NCBI GenBank assembly: GCA_964635395.1
Contig: CAZWNX010000001.1
Span: 1 to 53,503 of the forward strand
Length of the DNA: 53,503 nucleotides
DNA from: an uncultured Lachnospiraceae bacterium
GTDB taxonomy: Bacteria > Bacillota > Clostridia > Lachnospirales > Lachnospiraceae
Direction of reading: 5' to 3'
Shown here: positions 46,950-53,503 of the stretch, in pieces
How the letters are laid out: every line of letters begins with the position of its first letter
Numbering within the stretch: the stretch's first letter is position 1
Notes under the pieces: model-generated
Database searches by the model: none
Told to the model about the DNA's origin: nothing
The model's input: only the letters and a program-made list of their open reading frames with translations
Translations under genes and position numbers: made by a program

Positions 46950-48608
46950 ATGAAGGCACAAGTTAAGATCAACGATCAAAGCTATGAGTTTCACGTTGGA
47001 ACGAGTTATGAAGAAATTGCGAATCAGTTTCAAAACGAATATGAAGGATTAATTGCATTAGTAACGGTTAATGGTAAGATTAGAGAATTGATTAAGAAGG
47101 TTGAAAAGGATTGCGAGTTGAGTTTTATAACACTAAAAGATTCCATTGGTCATAAAACCTATGTCCGTTCTGCAACCATGTTAATGATGAAAGCAATCGG
47201 TGATTTATTTGGACAAGAGAGCGTGCAGCATGTAAAAGTAGATTTTGTAATTGGAAAAGGATATTACTGTAGTCTTTCAGGTGAATTGAATTTATCAGAA
47301 AAAGACATTCTCGCAATTAATAAGCGAATGAAAGAATTAGTTGACCAAAATATTCCAATCCAAAAAAAATCATATTTGGTGGAAGATGCTCTCAAAATCA
47401 TGAAATCCCATGGAATGAAAGATAAAGAAAAACTATTTAAATACAGAAGAAGTTCAGTTATAAATATGTATAATGTGGAAGATTACTACGACTATTATTA
47501 TGGGTTTATGCTTCCTAGTACTGGATATATCAAACATTTTTCGGTGACAAAATACGAGGATGGCATTATGCTGATTATTCCAGAACGTACGCACCCTACA
47601 GTGGTAGAAATACCAGCTGAAAAAACTCAATTATTCCAGACACTCAAGAAAGCAACGAGTTGGGGAATTGAGATGGGAATCGATACAGTTGGGGATTTAA
47701 ACGACAAGATATGCAAAGGATCATTAAGCGATATTGTCTTAGTACAAGAAGCACTACAAGAGAGACGAATTGGTGAAATTGCCAAGAAAATTGCGGAACG
47801 AAAAGATGTTAAATTTGTAATGATTGCAGGCCCATCTTCAAGTGGAAAGACAACATTTTCCCATCGTTTATCCGTACAACTTCGGACCTATGGTCTAACT
47901 CCACATCCAATAGCGCTAGATGATTATTTTGTGAATCGTGATGCAACGCCAAAGGATGAGAATGGAAATTATAACTTCGAGTGTTTAGAAGCACTAGATA
48001 TTAATCAGTTTAATATTGATATGAATCGGTTGTTAGATGGTGAGGAGGTTGAACTCCCTACTTTTAACTTTAAAACGGGGCAAAGAGAGTATAAAGGAAA
48101 TTGTAAAAAGCTAGGACCTGATGATGTGTTGGTTCTTGAAGGAATTCACGGGCTCAATGACAAAATGTCTTATTCAATACCAGTAAGTCGTAAGTTTAAA
48201 ATATATATTAGTGCATTGACAAGCCTGAATGTTGATGAACATAATCGGATACCAACCACAGATGGAAGATTGCTTAGGCGAATTGTTCGTGATGCAAGGA
48301 CCAGGGGTGCTTCAGCCAAAAGAACGATTGAAATGTGGCCGTCTGTAAGGCGTGGGGAAGAAGAAAATATATTTCCATTTCAGGAAAGCGCAGATGAGTT
48401 CTTTAATTCTGCTTTGATTTATGAGCTAGCAGTATTAAAGCAGTTTGCAGAACCCTTACTGTTTAATATTTCGAAAAGTGATCCAGAATATTATGAGGCA
48501 AAGAGACTTCTCAAATTCTTAGAGTATTTCTTGGGCGTTAGTAGCGAAAACTTGCCAAACAATTCCATTATTCGTGAATTTGTGGGCGGCAGTTGTTTTC
48601 AGGTTTAA
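46950..48608 (+). CDS. Nucleoside/uridine-kinase-family P-loop protein with N-terminal TGS-like and ThrRS second-additional-like region
   Basis: Walker A AGPSSSGKTTF with a PRK/uridine-kinase-like C-terminal half. The N-terminus KAQVKINDQSYEFHVGTSYEEIA is TGS-like. The ATG at 46950 follows AAAGGA. Confidence 0.7.
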   Translation: MKAQVKINDQSYEFHVGTSYEEIANQFQNEYEGLIALVTVNGKIRELIKKVEKDCELSFITLKDSIGHKTYVRSATMLMMKAIGDLFGQESVQHVKVDFVIGKGYYCSLSGELNLSEKDILAINKRMKELVDQNIPIQKKSYLVEDALKIMKSHGMKDKEKLFKYRRSSVINMYNVEDYYDYYYGFMLPSTGYIKHFSVTKYEDGIMLIIPERTHPTVVEIPAEKTQLFQTLKKATSWGIEMGIDTVGDLNDKICKGSLSDIVLVQEALQERRIGEIAKKIAERKDVKFVMIAGPSSSGKTTFSHRLSVQLRTYGLTPHPIALDDYFVNRDATPKDENGNYNFECLEALDINQFNIDMNRLLDGEEVELPTFNFKTGQREYKGNCKKLGPDDVLVLEGIHGLNDKMSYSIPVSRKFKIYISALTSLNVDEHNRIPTTDGRLLRRIVRDARTRGASAKRTIEMWPSVRRGEEENIFPFQESADEFFNSALIYELAVLKQFAEPLLFNISKSDPEYYEAKRLLKFLEYFLGVSSENLPNNSIIREFVGGSCFQV

Positions 48609-48620
48609 GTGTTTATGATA

Positions 48621-48950
48621 GATAAGTAGGACAGGTGATCGCACGAAAGTGAGGAAAGTCCGGGCTTCATAGGGCAAAATGCCGGATAACGTCCGGTAGA
48701 GGCAACTCTAAGGCTAGTGCAACAGAAATATACCGCCATTTATTTGGTAAGGGTGGAAGGGCAGTGTAAGAGACTACCGCCTCTTTGGTAACAAAGAGGG
48801 CATATGTAAACCCCATTTGAAGCAAGACCAGACAGAAAACGATACAGTTGCCCGCTGTGTTTTCAGGTAGGTCGCATGAGGTTATTGGTAACAATAATCC
48901 TAGATAGATGATCACTCAACGACAGAACCCGGCTTATCGTCCTGCTTATC
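48621..48950 (+). ncRNA. rnpB: RNase P RNA (type A-like)
   Basis: P4 halves GAGGAAAGTCCGGGC (5') and ACAGAACCCGGCTTA (3'). P1 pairs GATAAGTAGGAC (48621-) with GTCCTGCTTATC (-48950). Internal landmarks AGGGCAGTGTAAGAGACTACC and GTAAACCCC are present. Confidence 0.9.
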
Positions 48951-48977
48951 TTTTATAATAGAATCAAGGGAGAGGTT

Positions 48978-50411
48978 ATGCTTTTTCATTCGTTATCGTT
49001 TGCTATATTTTTACCCATCGTGTTTATCTGTTATTGGTTATTCAAAGAAAAAGACCGGTGGTTTGTAATATTGATTTCAAGTTACTATTTTTATATGAGT
49101 TGGAGTAGAAAATATTTCCTTATTTTCCTATTTACAACATTTATTACCTATATAAGCGCCTTACTAGTTGAAAAAGCGCAGAAAAAGGTGGTTAAGAAAT
49201 GGATTTTAGGAGGCACTTTTTTAGTGTGCTTTGGAGTCCTATTTCTATTTAAGTATTTTCACTTCGCCATGCAGATTGGGGAACAATTATCTTCCCATAT
49301 TGGAATTCCTTTTCAGCCAATAACATTAAAACTCATTTTGCCAATTGGAATTTCCTTCTACACATTCCAGGCAATTGCGTACGTAGTAGATGTCTATCGT
49401 GGAGACATTGATGCACAAAAACATTTTGGAAAATATGCTGCATTTATCTCATTTTTCCCACAACTCGTTGCAGGACCAATTGAACGAAGCAAACATTTAT
49501 TACCACAAATCATTAAGAATAGTAAAATAGAATATAAAGATATGTCCTACGGGTTACTGCTCATGGCATGGGGGTTTTATAAAAAACTTGTTGTTGCAGA
49601 TGGACTTAGTATTTACGTGGATCGCATCTATAATAATATTTATGAATATAAGGGTTTTTCCTTAATGATTGCAACGGTTTTGTTTGCAATTCAGATTTAT
49701 TGTGATTTTTCAGGATATTCGGATATTGCGATAGGTGTAGCTAGATTGTTTGGAATTCAGTTAATGACAAATTTTAAGAGTCCATATTTTTCGACCTCCA
49801 TTAAGGAATTTTGGAGTCGTTGGCATATTTCATTATCTACTTGGTTTAAGGATTACCTATACATACCTTTGGGTGGAAACCGAAAGGGGAAAGTGATTGA
49901 AATTAGAAATCTATTAATCACTTTTTTGGTTAGCGGCTTATGGCATGGAGCAAATATTACATTTGTATTGTGGGGGCTAACACATGGGCTGTTACAAGCT
50001 ATTGAAACAATTCTTTTTTCAAAAAAACGTGAACAGAATAAATATGTTATGATTGTAAGAGGAATGATAACATTTGTTATTGTATGTCTCGCATGGAGTT
50101 TTTTCAGAGCACAAAATGTTAGTGAAGTTATTTGGATTTGGAAATCAATATTAGCGGGCATTACTCAGCCAATTGCATATTTCACGGTAGGGGTAAGAGA
50201 TTTGGCGATTGGGGTGCAAGACCTAGTATTGGTTATGCTTTCTTTATTGGTGTTGGGTTTCTATGATTTTATGAATTTGAAAATAGATCCAATTAAAAAA
50301 ATTCAGGGATTGAGAAAACCAATTCGTTGGGGTCTATATTATATTTTTATTTTATGTATTCTCTTTATGGCATCTTTCAATGCCCAAGAATTTGTTTATT
50401 TTCAATTTTAG
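48978..50411 (+). CDS. MBOAT-family membrane-bound O-acyltransferase (AlgI/DltB/PatA-like)
   Basis: 477 aa, multi-pass. Conserved FWSRWHISLSTWFKDYLYIPLGGNR and LWHG motifs. Confidence 0.9.
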   Translation: MLFHSLSFAIFLPIVFICYWLFKEKDRWFVILISSYYFYMSWSRKYFLIFLFTTFITYISALLVEKAQKKVVKKWILGGTFLVCFGVLFLFKYFHFAMQIGEQLSSHIGIPFQPITLKLILPIGISFYTFQAIAYVVDVYRGDIDAQKHFGKYAAFISFFPQLVAGPIERSKHLLPQIIKNSKIEYKDMSYGLLLMAWGFYKKLVVADGLSIYVDRIYNNIYEYKGFSLMIATVLFAIQIYCDFSGYSDIAIGVARLFGIQLMTNFKSPYFSTSIKEFWSRWHISLSTWFKDYLYIPLGGNRKGKVIEIRNLLITFLVSGLWHGANITFVLWGLTHGLLQAIETILFSKKREQNKYVMIVRGMITFVIVCLAWSFFRAQNVSEVIWIWKSILAGITQPIAYFTVGVRDLAIGVQDLVLVMLSLLVLGFYDFMNLKIDPIKKIQGLRKPIRWGLYYIFILCILFMASFNAQEFVYFQF

Positions 50412-50429
50412 TCATTTGAAAGGATTGTT

Positions 50430-51416
50430 GTGATGCAAAAGGATGTACTCAAAATTATTCGAAAATTATTGCAATTATTTCTCCCAATTGTATTTATTTT
50501 GTCAATCTATTCAAATTTTTTTAAAATGTATTATTTGGACCCGGAATATCCCATGTATGCACAGCAAAAAGAGTTTATTACGAGTGGTTCTGAAAATGCG
50601 CAGATACTGATTATAGGAGATTCAAGGACGAAAGCAGATTTTATTTGCAGTCAATTGTCGGACTCAACCTATAATATAGGATTGGGTGGGGCAACTCCTC
50701 TCGAAGGCTATTATCATTTGAAAAACTATCTTTCACATCATACCAAACCAAAGACGGTTATTATAGCATATGCGCCATTTCATTATATGGATGTGGACAC
50801 CTTTTATTCAAGAAGTATTTATTTTCACAATCTTGATTTCAAAGATGTACTAGACGTCTATGATCAGGCAAAATCATTTAAGGATGTAGATAAGATTTTA
50901 ATTCAAAACTATGGAATTGAGTATGCAATGTACTATTTACATCTACCAAATAAGTATGCGGTTGCTATGAGAAAAGCAGGATTTGTTTTTCGGTTTAAGG
51001 AGAATCAGAAGAAATACCTATCTGTTCAAAATAGTAGGGGACATTCTTTTTATGGATTATTAGACTCAAGTGATAGCTTTAATGCGGAAGCAAAAGTAAA
51101 GGACTTTGAAGATTCAGATATCTTAGATGATTATTTAAGCAAAATGCTTGATCTTTGTAAAGAAAACGACATTCAAGTGATTCTAGAACAAACGCCAATC
51201 AATGAAGCATCGCATCAAATCATTACAGAAGACTTTAAGAAAAACTACCGTACATATCTGGAAAAATTACAAAACGAGCATCCTACAGCATTGATTCATC
51301 CTAATTTCTATTGGTATGAGAATAAGTATTTTGGGGATGCAGATCACCTTAACCCTTCAGGAGCAAATGTATTTACTCAATATATAAAAGAGAAATATAG
51401 CACTGTTTTTGAATAG
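50430..51416 (+). CDS. Membrane-anchored SGNH/DltD-AlgJ-like partner of the MBOAT protein
   Basis: 328 aa. N-terminal TM helix, block-I-like IIGDSRTK, and C-terminal DADHLNPSGA (DxxH-like). GTG at 50430 or ATG at 50433, after AAAGGA. Confidence 0.65.
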   Translation: MMQKDVLKIIRKLLQLFLPIVFILSIYSNFFKMYYLDPEYPMYAQQKEFITSGSENAQILIIGDSRTKADFICSQLSDSTYNIGLGGATPLEGYYHLKNYLSHHTKPKTVIIAYAPFHYMDVDTFYSRSIYFHNLDFKDVLDVYDQAKSFKDVDKILIQNYGIEYAMYYLHLPNKYAVAMRKAGFVFRFKENQKKYLSVQNSRGHSFYGLLDSSDSFNAEAKVKDFEDSDILDDYLSKMLDLCKENDIQVILEQTPINEASHQIITEDFKKNYRTYLEKLQNEHPTALIHPNFYWYENKYFGDADHLNPSGANVFTQYIKEKYSTVFE

Positions 51417-52716
51417 TAGCATGGACATGCAGATAGGAATAAAATTGAGCAATATAGATAAAGAAAAAGTACTACTTGTTGGAGTTAATATTAATAATCA
51501 GGCTGATTTTGAAATATCCATGGAAGAACTAGATGCGCTTGCAAAGGCATGTGAAATGGACGTTGTGGGAAATGTTGTTCAAAATCTTGCAGTTATGAAT
51601 AATGCATTTTATATCGGTACAGGAAAAGTAAATCAGGTGCGCGAATTAGCAATGGAGTTAAATGCAGATTTAATTCTATTTGATCAGACATTATCTCCGT
51701 CTCAAATTCGAAATCTTCAAAAAGAAATACAGATGCCAATCATGGATCGAACGGGAATTATTCTTGAGATATTTGCCAGAAGAGCAAAAACGAAAGAAGC
51801 CAGAATCCAAGTTGAACTTGCGCAATTGCAATATATGTTACCAAGATTAGTTGGATTAAGAGCTGCACTTGGACGCCAGGGTGGAAAAGGTGGACTGAGC
51901 AACAAAGGTGCAGGTGAAAAAAAATTAGAACTCGACAGAAGAGCATTGTCAGATCGTGTAAGTGATTTGAAGCGAGAATTATTGGAGATTGAAAAAGAAG
52001 CAATTACAAAACGTAAGCAAAGAAGTGGGTCCAGTGTTTTTCAAGTTGCACTTGTGGGATATACAAATGCTGGAAAATCAACGATTATGAATCGTTTTGT
52101 GGATAAGTACATACAGGATGATGAGAAAAAAGTATTCGAAAAGGATATGCTTTTTGCAACTCTCGATACAACCATTCGAAAAATACAGATAAAGGATAAT
52201 CAAGAGTTTTTATTGTCGGATACAGTAGGATTTATTAGCAATCTGCCACATTCCTTGATAAAAGCGTTCCGTTCTACGTTAGAAGAAGTAACCTATGCTG
52301 ACTTGTTGCTTCACGTAGTTGACTTCTCAGACCCAAATTACAAGGAACATATGCAAATAACCGAAGCGACTTTGAAAGATATAGGAGCAAAGGATATACC
52401 AGTTGTATATGTGTACAATAAGGCAGATAAAACGAGTATGCAGATTCCAAAGGTATCGCTTGATAGTATCTATATGTCAGCGTTGCAAAGTGAGAGTCTT
52501 GATGCATTAACCAAGATTATTTTGAGCCATGGTCTTAAAGAGTATGAGGTCGTTGAATTCTTAATTCCGTATACGGATGGTAAAGCAGTATCCTATATTG
52601 TTGACCACGGACAGGTTGATTGTTTGGAATATCAGGAAAGTGGAACATATGTGAAAGCTGCCTGTAAAAAAGAAGATATTGGACGTTACCAAAAATATAT
52701 TATTAAAGGAGAATAG
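51409..52716 (+). CDS. hflX: GTPase HflX
   Basis: HflX N-domain (IILEIFARRAKTKEARIQVELAQLQYMLPRL) and G domain (GYTNAGKST, DTVGF, NKAD). The start is uncertain: TTG at 51409, or ATG at 51421 or 51427. Confidence 0.9.
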   Translation: MNSSMDMQIGIKLSNIDKEKVLLVGVNINNQADFEISMEELDALAKACEMDVVGNVVQNLAVMNNAFYIGTGKVNQVRELAMELNADLILFDQTLSPSQIRNLQKEIQMPIMDRTGIILEIFARRAKTKEARIQVELAQLQYMLPRLVGLRAALGRQGGKGGLSNKGAGEKKLELDRRALSDRVSDLKRELLEIEKEAITKRKQRSGSSVFQVALVGYTNAGKSTIMNRFVDKYIQDDEKKVFEKDMLFATLDTTIRKIQIKDNQEFLLSDTVGFISNLPHSLIKAFRSTLEEVTYADLLLHVVDFSDPNYKEHMQITEATLKDIGAKDIPVVYVYNKADKTSMQIPKVSLDSIYMSALQSESLDALTKIILSHGLKEYEVVEFLIPYTDGKAVSYIVDHGQVDCLEYQESGTYVKAACKKEDIGRYQKYIIKGE

Positions 52717-52717
52717 C

Positions 52718-53503
52718 ATGACAGTTATTAATATTGTTTCGGGATTTCTTGGTGCTGGTAAAACAACACTTATAAAAAAACTATTACAAGAGTCTTTCCA
52801 AAATGAAAAAGTGGTTCTAATTGAAAATGAGTTTGGAGAAATTGGAATTGATAGTGGTTTTCTAAAAGATGCGGGTGTTGATATTAAAGAAATGAATTCA
52901 GGATGTATTTGTTGTTCTTTAACAGGAGATTTTACGATTGCATTAAAAGAAGTGATTGACCAATATCATCCAGATCGAATTATAATAGAACCTTCTGGAG
53001 TAGGAAAGCTTTCAGATGTTAAAAAAGCTGTAGAGGTTGTGCTTTCAGAGCAAGTGAAGATGGGAGAAGCAATTACAATAGTGGATGTTGCAAAATGTAA
53101 GACATATCTTAAGAATTTTGGAGAATTCTATAAAGATCAAGTGATTCATTCACAGGCTGTAGTATTTAGCAGAGTTGATTTTGTATCGGAAGATAAAATT
53201 CAAGAGGCAGTAGATCAAATACGCGCATTAAATGATGAAGCAGTATTGTTTACAACTTCGTGGGACTTGTTAAATGGAAACCAGATGGTAGACCTCATTC
53301 AACAGAAAGAAAATCTGTTAAAGTCCTTAGAAGCAGAAATGAAACATAACCACGAACACCACGAACACCACGGTGGCTGTTGCTGTTCTGGGGGAGCAGA
53401 TCATACTGAAAAAGAAGCCTGCAATTGTAAAGGGGATGGACACCATCACCATGACGAGCAAAAAAGTTGTGGTTGCGGACACGCCCACCATGACCACGCC
53501 CAT
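52718..53503 (+). CDS. COG0523/CobW-family metallochaperone GTPase with His/Cys-rich tail (3' end outside the window)
   Basis: This ORF is not in the track because it runs off the window edge. It starts at the ATG at 52718 and stays open for 262 codons. MTVINIVSGFLGAGKTTL P-loop, GCICCS motif, and tail HNHEHHEHHGGCCCSGG...GHHHHDEQKSCGCGHAHHDHAH. Confidence 0.85.
   Translation, partial: MTVINIVSGFLGAGKTTLIKKLLQESFQNEKVVLIENEFGEIGIDSGFLKDAGVDIKEMNSGCICCSLTGDFTIALKEVIDQYHPDRIIIEPSGVGKLSDVKKAVEVVLSEQVKMGEAITIVDVAKCKTYLKNFGEFYKDQVIHSQAVVFSRVDFVSEDKIQEAVDQIRALNDEAVLFTTSWDLLNGNQMVDLIQQKENLLKSLEAEMKHNHEHHEHHGGCCCSGGADHTEKEACNCKGDGHHHHDEQKSCGCGHAHHDHAH

Noticed and set aside
48667-48915. 82-aa minus-strand ORF in the track
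   Set aside because: It lies entirely inside the RNase P RNA gene (conserved P4 and P1 elements on the + strand), has no RBS, and has an odd composition. It is spurious.
53340-53503. Repetitive CAC/CAT-rich DNA (cacgaacaccacgaacaccac and similar) at the window end
   Set aside because: It is in frame with the COG0523 ORF and encodes its His-rich metal-binding tail. It is not a non-coding tandem repeat or a CRISPR-like element.
1-53503. Search by eye for CRISPR arrays, IS elements or transposases, integrases, phage modules, toxin-antitoxin pairs and long direct repeats
   Set aside because: None were seen. Intergenic regions are short and are explained by promoters, terminators, leaders and RNA genes. 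A computational repeat search would be needed to exclude short dispersed repeats.

Overview
This 53.5-kb window is a chromosomal segment of a low-GC Firmicute. It is probably a Clostridia/Lachnospiraceae-like organism, because the RNase P RNA looks like type A rather than the Bacillus type B. Coding density is high and all but three genes lie on the + strand. Most of the content is housekeeping: thyA-folA, ilvE, purC-purF-purB, purA, a T-box-controlled thrS, infC-rpmI-rplT behind an L20-type leader, pepD, aroK, dgt-like-dnaG-sigA-trmK-nif3 (the macromolecular-synthesis synteny), rnpB, hflX, and three tRNAs (Gly-GCC, Leu-CAG, and a Leu with an apparent AAG anticodon). Accessory content includes a GntR/ABC module, AraC and LysR regulators, a MATE pump, lrgAB, an MBOAT/SGNH acylation pair, and three c-di-GMP proteins. 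I saw no CRISPR array, IS element, integrase or phage genes. The best candidate for an undescribed system is a self-contained four-gene operon at 10.3-17.2 kb. It encodes a 1186-aa protein with a beta-sandwich N-terminus and a helical-repeat body, a degenerate Hsp70/actin-fold (ASKHA) protein, a TPR protein, and a coiled-coil protein with a transmembrane hairpin. I recognise no function for any of the four. Secondary points of interest are the A34 tRNA-Leu, a membrane pseudokinase, and a cytoplasmic sugar-binding-fold sensor fused to GGDEF. All calls come from reading the supplied translations and the DNA by eye; no searches were run.
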